Source: an uncultured Desulfovibrio sp.
GTDB lineage: Bacteria > Desulfobacterota > Desulfovibrionia > Desulfovibrionales > Desulfovibrionaceae
Length of the DNA stretch: 64,000 nt
NCBI GenBank assembly: GCA_964647835.1
Contig: CAZYJQ010000004.1
Location: forward strand, 2,212 to 66,211
Direction of reading: 5' to 3'
In this document: positions 1 to 8,637 of the stretch, piece after piece
Position numbering within the stretch: position 1 is the first letter of the stretch
How the letters are laid out: every line of letters begins with the position of its first letter
Made by a program: the position numbers and the translations under genes
Notes under the pieces: generated by a model
What the model saw: only the letters and a program-made list of their open reading frames with translations
Databases searched by the model: none
What the model was told of the DNA's origin: nothing

Positions 1-12
1 CGAGTCCCCGTA

Positions 13-195
13 TTATCCATTTTTAGGGCTCTTTAGCGTACCGCCAAGGTGGGGTGCCGTTATGGTGGTCAAAACAGTACCGTACACCGCAGGAAAAATT
101 TCATCAAAATTGGCAGGCGATACCCGCCCCATTTCAATGAATTTCACTACGATTTCCTTGGTAACCTGCAGTGCTTCTTTACCTTTTTTTTCCAT
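13..195 (-). CDS. Small conserved hypothetical protein (~60 aa), amphipathic helices, resembles the Ros/MucR N-terminal region
   Basis: ATG at 195 with AAGGA 6 nt upstream; EALQVTKEIVVKFIEMGRVSPANFDEIFPAVY matches a small deltaproteobacterial family as I recall it; promoter candidate upstream. Confidence 0.7.
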   Translation of the reverse strand: MEKKGKEALQVTKEIVVKFIEMGRVSPANFDEIFPAVYGTVLTTITAPHLGGTLKSPKNG

Positions 196-269
196 TTCCA
201 ATCCTTATGTGCCGTCATGACAGCGAGAGATTAGCCCCTATGAAAAGAGGTCGTAATCTCGTCTGGTGA

Positions 270-298
270 AAAATAAACTGATTACCCGGCCCTGTCAA
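270..298 (-). promoter_or_regulatory. Sigma70-type promoter candidate for the small ORF
   Basis: Minus strand TTGACA-17 nt-TATTTT. Confidence 0.45.
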
Positions 299-423
299 CT
301 TAAGCGCTACGCCAAAACCTTGTAAAACGCGCTACTTCTCAAGGGGCTTTCAGTTATCACCCGGTTTATACACAACTTGTCCCCCAGCTCATTGGCAATA
401 AGCCAACCTGCCCATAACCAGCC

Positions 424-595
424 GGACGCCAAAGGGCGCCAAAAGGTCGCCAAACCGCCGCCAAAGCACAGAAAAACCATAACTCGCCGATAAAAGACCG
501 ATAAAATCGACACACAAGAGACGCACGGGCGACAAACAGGGGCGCAAGGTGGACACACTGGGGATATACAGGAGACAAACGGGAGACAAACGAAC
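424..595. repeat. Degenerate 10-11 nt tandem arrays
   Basis: ggacgccaaa/gggcgccaaa/aggtcgccaaa/ccgccgccaaa (424-465), then eight ~11-nt units beginning gac- or similar (509-595), e.g. gacaaacaggg, gacacactggg, gacaaacggga. Confidence 0.65.
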
Positions 596-754
596 CCACG
601 GCCCTTGCTTTGCTCTCTTCGTCACCGCTCCCTTCAGGTTAATATTTTTTTCATGGATAATCCTTGTGTCCCTTCTTTCCCAATGATATATTTCCTAAAA
701 TGTGCGAAAGTGTCGGTAGTTTATTTTCATTTTTTGCCAACTCAAGAGGTTTCT

Positions 755-1072
755 ATGAAAAAGTCTATTCTCCTTATTAGCGCGCTGGCCTTCCTTCTTG
801 TAAGCCCCCTCGGCATGGCCACAGGCCAGCCTGACGGCGCCGAGCTTTATCGTAAAAACTGCGCCAGCTGTCATGGCGACGACGGCAAAACTTCCCCCAT
901 AGACTCTGTGCCTATTAATACCCAGTCCAAAGAAGAACTGACTTCAAAGCTGGCTGGTTATAAGGATGGATCTTATGGTGGCCCCAATAAAAAAATGATG
1001 CAAATGGCCCTTAAGAAACTGACTGAAGAAGATGTCGCCAGCATAATTACCTTTATGGAAAGCTTCGAATAA
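755..1072 (+). CDS. Monoheme class I cytochrome c (c553-like), secreted
   Basis: ATG 755 after GAGG; signal peptide MKKSILLISALAFLL; CASCH heme motif; distal Met region KKMMQMA; 105 aa. Confidence 0.93.
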   Translation: MKKSILLISALAFLLVSPLGMATGQPDGAELYRKNCASCHGDDGKTSPIDSVPINTQSKEELTSKLAGYKDGSYGGPNKKMMQMALKKLTEEDVASIITFMESFE

Positions 1073-1263
1073 CAAAGCCCAGACTGATTCCATAAAAAAC
1101 GCCCAGAAAAAAGCTTTCCCCTTTCTTCTAGGGCATTACATGGCGTTTACTCATCACGCCTCCCTTACGGGTTATCATTGGGGCTAAGTACTTTTAGTGG
1201 GTCCCTCGTCAATGCGACCGCGAGGCGTATTCCCGTCAACATTACTGCCGTTTTTATTGGATA

Positions 1264-1296
1264 TGCCCCTGTTCCTTACCAAAGGAGCAGGGGCAA
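1264..1296. terminator. Strong hairpin between convergent cytochrome c and radical SAM genes
   Basis: TGCCCCTGTTCC...GGAGCAGGGGCA stem (one G-U pair on the + strand). Confidence 0.55.
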
Positions 1297-1324
1297 TCTG
1301 ATGGAGAGCTTCACTTGACCGCCC

Positions 1325-1402
1325 GGCCTAACGACACAGTCGAACAACACTACCTAAGGACACTGCCTAACAACACAACCAAACAGCACTGCCAGACAGC
1401 TC
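1325..1402. repeat. Degenerate 13-nt tandem array x6
   Basis: ggcctaacgacac/agtcgaacaacac/tacctaaggacac/tgcctaacaacac/aaccaaacagcac/tgccagacagctc. Confidence 0.7.
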
Positions 1403-1464
1403 CCTTGCCCTATCCCCTTCCTTGCTGTCCTCCAGCCGGACCCGCCATGCCCATTGCCCCGCTA

Positions 1465-2316
1465 TCAGCCAACATTCCCCAGATAAACATGACGAAGATA
1501 TTGACGTGCCTGTTGTGCGAATCTGTCTAAAAGGTTCAGGCTTGTAGGGGGCTCAGTGTAGTTATGCGCTGGAAAATAGCGTGAAAGATGTAAGGGAATA
1601 TCAGGGTTGAGCTTTGATAGCCAACGAACAAATTCCATAAAATCTTCAGGGTTATCAGCCAATTTTGGGACCAGCAGACGCGTCACCTCTACATGCCTGC
1701 CAGCTTTTACAAACATCTCAACATTACGCTTCACCCTCTCCAGGTCCCCCCCCATGCGAGTGTAATGGCGGGCGCTGAATGTTTTCACATCAATATTAAG
1801 GGCGGCGACATGCTGAACAAAGGCTGACCCAACCTCGTCTGAGAACATGCCATTAGTCACTAAAACAGTTGCTATACCTGCCTCATGAAGTTTTGGCGCT
1901 CCAGAACAAATAAATTCCGCCTGCAAGGTGGGTTCGTTATAGGTAAAAGCCAGCGAAGAAAGGTTATACTCCCTGCAAAGGGCTATGCATTCCTCAATGG
2001 TCAAAGAGCGCATGGGGGGAATCTCTACGGGCTGGGCAATGGAGGCGTTCTGGCAGAAAGGGCAACGCATGGTACAACCAAGGCTCCCCAAGGAAAGGAT
2101 AAAAGTTCCGGGTTGCCAATGGTAAAGGGGCTTTTTTTCTATGGGATCCACCGCCAGAGAGCAAAATTGCCCAAGATAAGGCGATATCAGCTCTCCTTTC
2201 TCATTATGCCGAACACCACATACCCCTGTTTGACCGGGGGCCAATGAACACTGTCTGAAACACAAATGACAACGAACAGTGTTTTCTTTCTCTTTGGTCC
2301 ACCAACGCGCTTCCAC
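1465..2316 (-). CDS. amrS: AmmeMemoRadiSam system radical SAM enzyme
   Basis: N-terminal CHLC...C..CGVR, AVDPIEKKPLYH, CTMRCPFC (CxxxCxxC), FTYNEP, LHLSRYFP, C-terminal VYLGNV. Confidence 0.92.
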   Translation of the reverse strand: MEARWWTKEKENTVRCHLCFRQCSLAPGQTGVCGVRHNEKGELISPYLGQFCSLAVDPIEKKPLYHWQPGTFILSLGSLGCTMRCPFCQNASIAQPVEIPPMRSLTIEECIALCREYNLSSLAFTYNEPTLQAEFICSGAPKLHEAGIATVLVTNGMFSDEVGSAFVQHVAALNIDVKTFSARHYTRMGGDLERVKRNVEMFVKAGRHVEVTRLLVPKLADNPEDFMEFVRWLSKLNPDIPLHLSRYFPAHNYTEPPTSLNLLDRFAQQARQYLRHVYLGNVG

Positions 2317-2951
2317 TCTTCCCCCTTCCTTTATTAAGGGTTACAACCCTTGTTTTTGCAAGCCACACCCTCGTGTGAACTGGCCTTTCTTTTCATTTCA
2401 CCTGAAGAAATCCTCTCCCAACAACGCTAACCAAAAAACAGGAATCATTCTGATACAATGCCATGCCTGAAGAATCAGCAGACAACCAATGAACAAAAAT
2501 GGAAAGGGAGACGAGAAAAAGTAAAAACAAATACAAAGGAAGTGTCTGCAAGGTTCAAGGAACGTAGGGCAAAGCAATGGACAAGAAAACGGGCAAGGAA
2601 CGTATCGGGCACATTATTGAACCGGTCTAAGGTAAAGATTCAACGAAAAGACCAGCCTTACAACCGACCTGAAAATATCGAAACCCTCAACAGGCAAACG
2701 TAACAAGGAATAAGTACGGGAATTACAAGGAGGGTTTCAGAAGAATTGTCTGGCGAACTCCCAAAGAGCTATTGGCGAACGAATCATTGTACCGTTTAGA
2801 GGACAGCCAGAGTCCTGGACTGCCTGAGCTACGGGCAAACGGTCTTGTTGGCGAGTTGCCAGTCTCGCGGGTTGCCGCAACTCACAATGGAAGGTCTATC
2901 TGACGGTTGCCGCTATTGTCAAAGGACATACCAGACAATGCACCAAACCAA

Positions 2952-4340
2952 TTATTCGACCTCGTAATACCGATCAACGGTAAAACGTTCTATGGACGCG
3001 CCTTCCAGCGAAGAGATGCCCCCCTTTTGAGTGGCGATGGAAAGCTGTTTTTCAACACTATCCACGCCGTCCAAAGCGGGTAACAATAGTCCTCGCCTGT
3101 TCCCTTTGGAAACAATAACCCCATACTTTTGGGGGTCAAGGGTGGTGATATCTTGGACGAGTTCTGGAGCACTAAGGATATCAACAGACAAGGTGATGCT
3201 ATCAAATTCTTCAAGGCGCAGGGAGGGAAAGCGTGGATCTTGAGAGGCCGCGGCAATGGCGTTGCCCATAATTTCATGCAATAAGCTATCACGGGTGGGT
3301 AAAATGGTGCCGATGCACCCTCGCAGGTCGCCCTGAGCGTTTTTGATGGTAACAAAACATGCCCTTGGCGAATCCAAAAGGCTACGCTCTTCCTTGGGCA
3401 TTTGCTCAAGAGTTCTGGCTACTGTACCCGTTGCCAAAGGTTTTCCCGATAAATAACTTGTAATGGCAAGGCGCGCCAGCAAGGGAAGTTTTTTTGAAAG
3501 GCCGCCGCTTTGCTTGAGGGCTTGACGTGGCCCGTCTTTATCAAGAAAAGCGAGAGCCGTGCAATAGCCAACGCCAAAGGGCCCTTCATAAGACATAATT
3601 TCCACAGGCCCGCCCGTAAGACCAAGGAGGGCGCAAACAGACTTACAGCCACACTCGCCGGCATTATGCATCTCTTGGACAGAAAGGGATAACAACGGCT
3701 TGGTAGAACCTTGCATGAGCGACGCTAAAATCGCTTTATCAAAAACTTTACCAGCGGGGTCATACCCCCCGGGAGCGTCGTGGGTTAACCTGTGCGACAA
3801 ATCGCCACTTGCCACAAGCCCCCAGGTAGCGCCGTCGTCATACTGCGCAAGAACCTCTCCCAGTTTTTCTGCCTGCTGAAGGCTCAGACCAATGGGATTA
3901 AAACAATAAATTTCTGGTAGTTTCTGCCAAGCTTTATCAAAAAAGTAGAGAGGGACAAGGGAACCGTGATCACGTGTCAGGTCTTCGGACGGCTGTTGAG
4001 CCACAGGAAGAAATTGCTCTATATGACGGACAAGACTACTAAAGGTGCTCGAAGAGTTTTTCATGCTTAATCGAACGTTAGCCGCCCCAAAGGGTTCGAA
4101 GGAACCGCTCATGGCAGAGGCAGAGTTGGCGTAAAGCATGCTGGAAACGTAAGGTTGGTGCAGTGAAAGCACCAAGAGTTTATCAGGAATCAGGGGCGAT
4201 TGTCCTCCCTCGCCGTAGAGCCTGTCGATGATTTTTTTAATACCTAAAAGAGTCGCTTCGGCATCTTTTTGCCTACCACACCCTATTTCAGGGATAAGAA
4301 TTGGGGGATGTGGCATTAAAGCCGCCCATAACCAGGCCAT
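2952..4340 (-). CDS. amrA: AmmeMemoRadiSam protein A: LigB/MEMO-like N-domain fused to AMMECR1 C-domain
   Basis: MPHPP, DHG, SGDLSH, GECG, SYEGPFGVGY; C-domain ACFVT, LRGCIGT, DPRF, GLLLPAL. Confidence 0.9.
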   Translation of the reverse strand: MAWLWAALMPHPPILIPEIGCGRQKDAEATLLGIKKIIDRLYGEGGQSPLIPDKLLVLSLHQPYVSSMLYANSASAMSGSFEPFGAANVRLSMKNSSSTFSSLVRHIEQFLPVAQQPSEDLTRDHGSLVPLYFFDKAWQKLPEIYCFNPIGLSLQQAEKLGEVLAQYDDGATWGLVASGDLSHRLTHDAPGGYDPAGKVFDKAILASLMQGSTKPLLSLSVQEMHNAGECGCKSVCALLGLTGGPVEIMSYEGPFGVGYCTALAFLDKDGPRQALKQSGGLSKKLPLLARLAITSYLSGKPLATGTVARTLEQMPKEERSLLDSPRACFVTIKNAQGDLRGCIGTILPTRDSLLHEIMGNAIAAASQDPRFPSLRLEEFDSITLSVDILSAPELVQDITTLDPQKYGVIVSKGNRRGLLLPALDGVDSVEKQLSIATQKGGISSLEGASIERFTVDRYYEVE

Positions 4341-4538
4341 AGTATAAAACCTCGTACGTATAAAAACTCAATCGATTCAGTGCAATTGCTTAACTTTAAC
4401 ACCTTTGTTTATAAAAATCGACCACAATTAACTATTTGAGAGTTCATCAAAAAACAGGTAGTCTCATTGCCAGAGGGGCCTATCGGACTTTACACAGAGT
4501 TCCCTTTTTTTCCACTATCCAACCCATAGGGAAATATC

Positions 4539-5315
4539 ATGAGTAAACCACTATCAGCCTTTGTCCAAAGCCTCATTGAGGCATACGAATCCCATCAGGT
4601 TATCCCTCCCTTTTGCGAAAAAAATAGTCTTACCCTTGAAGACGCATACGCCATACAAACAATGCTTTGCGAGTATTGGCAAAAAAACGGCGACGCGCCC
4701 ATAGGTAAAAAAGTGGCCTTTGCCAATACTCCCAGCCAACAATCCCAAGGCTTGCAAGGACCGGCTTTCGCCACTATGTTCGCCTCTGGTCTTCTTGAAG
4801 CCAACACCCTTATCTCTCTCAAAAATTTGCCCAATGCTATTATCGAAGCCGAGGTGACCTTTCTCCTTGAAAAAGACCTCAAAGGCCCAGACATCACCAC
4901 CGCCCAAGTCATAGACGCCACCAAAGCCCTATACGCTTCCTTTGAAATCGTGGCCTGTCGTGTGACCCCCAGCACTTGCGGTTACGACAAAATAGCCGCC
5001 AATGTCTGTTTTGGCGGCCTGCTCTTGTCTGACAAAGCCTCTAGTCCAAAGGGCTTAGATTTAGCAAACCTCGGCATCAGCCTTGAAAAAAACGGTCAAA
5101 CAGTCAGCACCGCCACAGGAGCCGCTGTTTTGGGCAGTCCTGCCAACAGCGTGGCGTGGCTTGCCAACGCCCTCGTCGCCCAAGGACAATTCCTTAAAAA
5201 GGGTGATTTGATTTTATCTGGCGCGGCCCCTGCCCCCCAACCCATTCTCCCCGGCGATGTCTTCACCGCTCACTTTGACCACCTTGGCAGCATTAGCGCG
5301 ACCTTTACGGAGTGA
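4539..5315 (+). CDS. Fumarylacetoacetate-hydrolase superfamily, 2-keto-4-pentenoate hydratase-like
   Basis: DAYAIQ, GKKV, IEAEVTF, FEIV, GAAVLGSPANSVAWLAN, LKKGDLILSG. Confidence 0.85.
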   Translation: MSKPLSAFVQSLIEAYESHQVIPPFCEKNSLTLEDAYAIQTMLCEYWQKNGDAPIGKKVAFANTPSQQSQGLQGPAFATMFASGLLEANTLISLKNLPNAIIEAEVTFLLEKDLKGPDITTAQVIDATKALYASFEIVACRVTPSTCGYDKIAANVCFGGLLLSDKASSPKGLDLANLGISLEKNGQTVSTATGAAVLGSPANSVAWLANALVAQGQFLKKGDLILSGAAPAPQPILPGDVFTAHFDHLGSISATFTE

Positions 5316-5954
5316 TGTTCTTTCCTCTTCATCAGGCCTCATGCCTTTAGTAGCAGAAAGGATGAAGAGCGAATAAGGCACCTTTTTATGCAAGACTTCA
5401 CGTTCACTTTGATAGAACGATTCGACTGTAGCAGCTCTAAACCCTGCTTTTTTACTTATTTCCACTAAATAGTCATGGGTAAAGCCATGGTGGCCAGTAA
5501 AGTTAGGCTCGTCCGCATGAAAGCTACCGTCATCCTTATCCAAATCAACAATAATCAACCGACCGCCTTCATCGAGCAAAGCCAAAAGGGTTTCAAACAA
5601 TAGCGGGATATGAGGTTCATGGTGCAAGGCCATGGAGGCAAAGATACAGTCGAATGCGGGTGAAATTTTCAGCCCAGCGAGGATGTTTCCACACAAAGAA
5701 GTGATGTTGTCAAAAGAATGCGCCTGCTTTTTTAAATTTACTTGGGCAATCATCCCTGGCGATGGGTCAACCAACACAAGCTCCTCAAAACTTTCAACCA
5801 GACGAAGCCCCACAAGCCCTGTCCCGCAACCATATTCCATCCCACGCTTTACTTTGCCCTCTCCCAAATAATCTTGTATTTTTTGAGCAATTATCTTTGC
5901 CCTCTCCCTGCGACGAGGCGTATCAAAGTTGCTAGCCATTTGTGTAAAATCCAT
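5214..5954 (-). CDS. Class I SAM-dependent methyltransferase
   Basis: Motif I EYGCGTG, VDPSPGM, SMALHH, GGRLIIVD; last ~43 aa look like a read-through into the neighbouring gene. Confidence 0.85.
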   Translation of the reverse strand: MDFTQMASNFDTPRRRERAKIIAQKIQDYLGEGKVKRGMEYGCGTGLVGLRLVESFEELVLVDPSPGMIAQVNLKKQAHSFDNITSLCGNILAGLKISPAFDCIFASMALHHEPHIPLLFETLLALLDEGGRLIIVDLDKDDGSFHADEPNFTGHHGFTHDYLVEISKKAGFRAATVESFYQSEREVLHKKVPYSLFILSATKGMRPDEEERTSLRKGRANAAKVVKVSGEDIAGENGLGGRGRAR

Positions 5955-6002
5955 TATAAACTTCTCGCTTCTTGCAAAGAGTCCCCTTAGTTACAGAGAC
6001 TA

Positions 6003-6031
6003 TAAAAAAGGCACAGTTCTCACTGTGCCTT
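6003..6031 (-). terminator. Intrinsic terminator of proA
   Basis: AAGGCACAG-ttctca-CTGTGCCTT; A-run on + gives a U-tract on -. Confidence 0.7.
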
Positions 6032-6054
6032 CGCCTCTTTTTAACAACCAGCTA

Positions 6055-7305
6055 CTACTTTCGAATGAGGTAGTCGCCCGAACCAATCCACTTATATGTG
6101 GTCAAGGCGTTCAACCCCATGGGCCCACGGGCATGAAGTTTTTGAGTACTCACCGCCACCTCGGCCCCAAGGCCAAATTCCCCGCCGTCAGTAAAGCGAG
6201 TGGTGCTATTCACATAGACCGAGGACGAATCCACATCCCGACAAAATAGTTCCGCATTATGCATATCGCTCGTTAAAATAGCGTCAGAGTGCTGGCTCCC
6301 GTATTCCCGAATATGCGCAACGGCCTCTTCAAGTCCCGCGACAACACCAACGTTTAAGTCAAGGGACAACCATTCGTCGCGCAGCTCTTCGTCCTTCCAC
6401 GGCACAATTCCCTCTGCCCCAGACAAAATTGCCATGGTTTTGGGGCAACCGTGCAAGGTCACACCTTTACTCCGCATAAACTCGGCCATGGTTGGCAAAA
6501 AGTTCTGAGCAATGGCTTCATGCACCAGCAAAGTCTCCATAGTATTACAAACACTGGGACGTTGGACCTTGGCGTTTTCCAAAACAGGCAAGGTTTTTTC
6601 CAAATCCGCTGTTTCGTCAACAAAGATATGACACACCCCAATACCACCCACAATAACGGGAATGGTCGATTGCTCCAGACACAGGCGTTGAAGTTTAGCG
6701 CCTCCACGAGGAATAATCATATCAACATAGGCATCGAGTTTTAAAAGTTCACTCACCAGTTCGCGGTCAGGGTTATCTATGAACTGTACGCACGATGCGG
6801 GGAGATTGCACCAGCCTAGGGCACGATGAATGGCCTGAACAAGAGCCTTGTTGGTGGCGAGGGTCTCTCTGCCCCCCCGCAAAATAACCGCGTTACCTGT
6901 CTTAAGACAGAGCGAAGCCACATCGATGGTCACGTTGGGTCGAGCTTCATAAATAACCCCGATGACCCCCAAGGGAACGCGCCGTCTGGTCAGGGAAAGT
7001 CCACTTTTAACATAGCCACCGTCCATAATCTGACCCACGGGGTCTTGCAGCATAGCCACTGACTCCACGTCTCGGGCAATGCCCTCCAAGCGCTCGTCGG
7101 TTAAAAGCAATCTATCCAACATGGCAGGCGAAGTGCCATCAGCTCTCGCCTTCTCCATATCAGCAGCATTGGCCTGAAGAATAAAGGCGCTACTTTCACC
7201 CAAAGCCTTGCTAATGGCTAAGAGTAAGCTATTTTTTTCAACCGTTGAAAGACGGGCCAAGGTGTAAGAAGCTTTTTTCGCCTCTTGAGCCATGTTGAGC
7301 AACAT
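6055..7305 (-). CDS. proA: Gamma-glutamyl phosphate reductase
   Basis: [34 protein letters not shown] (catalytic Cys), [13 protein letters not shown]. Confidence 0.97.
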   Translation of the reverse strand: MLLNMAQEAKKASYTLARLSTVEKNSLLLAISKALGESSAFILQANAADMEKARADGTSPAMLDRLLLTDERLEGIARDVESVAMLQDPVGQIMDGGYVKSGLSLTRRRVPLGVIGVIYEARPNVTIDVASLCLKTGNAVILRGGRETLATNKALVQAIHRALGWCNLPASCVQFIDNPDRELVSELLKLDAYVDMIIPRGGAKLQRLCLEQSTIPVIVGGIGVCHIFVDETADLEKTLPVLENAKVQRPSVCNTMETLLVHEAIAQNFLPTMAEFMRSKGVTLHGCPKTMAILSGAEGIVPWKDEELRDEWLSLDLNVGVVAGLEEAVAHIREYGSQHSDAILTSDMHNAELFCRDVDSSSVYVNSTTRFTDGGEFGLGAEVAVSTQKLHARGPMGLNALTTYKWIGSGDYLIRK

Positions 7306-7532
7306 AATCTACCTCTTCTTAACAAATGGAAATGAGTGCACTTTTATTGAAAGGACGGGTCACACTTCCGGATTAGAGCATCCTGTCCTTAACACAAAGG
7401 CATATCTTGTGAGACAAACCTTGAGATCAAAGCCCCTGAAACACATTATGAAGGCGTGGTTCATAAGACCGCAATAGAAAAACGTGGCAGGGTTTTCTCA
7501 GAAAAAAGCACGCATATTTTGCGTAAAGTCCG

Positions 7533-8636
7533 CTAAGAGCCAAGCATAAACAATTCATCGCGGTGAATCGCCACCGAGCCATGTTCATAACCTAAGATAG
7601 AATGAATATCCTTGGATTTTCGCTTCATAATCCGAGCAAGGTCATCGCTGTCATAGCGCACCACACCATGAGCCAAGTCAACCCCGCCCATGCTGCGCAC
7701 GCTCACCACCTCGCCTCTGGCAAAGCGGCCTTTGACCTCGACAACACCGATGGGCAGGAGCGAGCCGCCACCCTTGCGCAAGGCTTTTTCCGCTCCTTCG
7801 TCCACCACCAAGTTTCCTGCGATGGGCGCTCCGAATATCCATTTTTTACGCTCCACAAGGGAACGAGCAGAAGCATGGAAACGAGTTCCCACCTCTTCGC
7901 CCTCTACAATACGGACAAGAACATCTTTGGCGTCACCATGGGCAATGACCACATCAATGCCAAAACTACAAGCGTAACTGGCGGCCTGAATTTTTGTGCT
8001 CATCCCGCCGGTTCCAAGGCCTGAGACGGCACCACCCGCCATGGCGCGAATCTCATCGGTAATACTCTCCACATGGGAAATCAGCGTGGCGGAAGGGTCC
8101 GTATTGGGATTGCTGGTATACAGCCCGTCAATGTCGGATAAAAGAATCAATAAATCAGCGCGGGCAAGGCCAGCGACCAGAGCGGAAAGCTGGTCATTGT
8201 CGCCCACTTTAATCTCAGCCACGGCAATGGCGTCGTTTTCGTTAATAACAGGGATAATGCCATATTCCAAAAGAGCCAAGAGCATATCACTGGCGTTTAA
8301 AAAGCGCTCTCTGTCTTCAAGGTCAGCCCTCGTCAAAAGCATTTGCCCGACAAAAAGCGAATAAATCGAAAAAAGCTGTTCCCAAAACTGGATGAGCTTG
8401 CTTTGCCCCACGGAAGCAAGAAGTTGTTTATAGGCGATGCCGGGAGGTAAGTCAGGATAGCCTAAAAATTCTCTGCCAGCGGCTATGCCACCTGAGGTAA
8501 CGAGAATAACACGATGCCCTTGCTCCTTAAGGGCGGCGCACTGGCGCACCACTTCAAGCATACGGGCTTTATTCAGCTTTTTGGTGCCCCCGGTTAAAAC
8601 ACTGGTGCCAAGCTTGATAACAATTGTTTTTTTCAT
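7533..8636 (-). CDS. proB: Glutamate 5-kinase with C-terminal PUA domain
   Basis: Start [12 protein letters not shown] at 8636; [23 protein letters not shown]; PUA region VDEGA...RGEVV. Confidence 0.97.
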   Translation of the reverse strand: MKKTIVIKLGTSVLTGGTKKLNKARMLEVVRQCAALKEQGHRVILVTSGGIAAGREFLGYPDLPPGIAYKQLLASVGQSKLIQFWEQLFSIYSLFVGQMLLTRADLEDRERFLNASDMLLALLEYGIIPVINENDAIAVAEIKVGDNDQLSALVAGLARADLLILLSDIDGLYTSNPNTDPSATLISHVESITDEIRAMAGGAVSGLGTGGMSTKIQAASYACSFGIDVVIAHGDAKDVLVRIVEGEEVGTRFHASARSLVERKKWIFGAPIAGNLVVDEGAEKALRKGGGSLLPIGVVEVKGRFARGEVVSVRSMGGVDLAHGVVRYDSDDLARIMKRKSKDIHSILGYEHGSVAIHRDELFMLGS

Positions 8637-8637
8637 A

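Noticed and set aside
307-625. Three overlapping Cys/Val/Arg-rich ORFs in the first spacer
   Set aside because: By-products of the 10-11 nt array; no RBS or family signal
2458-2703. 81-aa Lys/Arg-rich ORF
   Set aside because: Arises from A/G-rich low-complexity DNA on the strand opposite the operon
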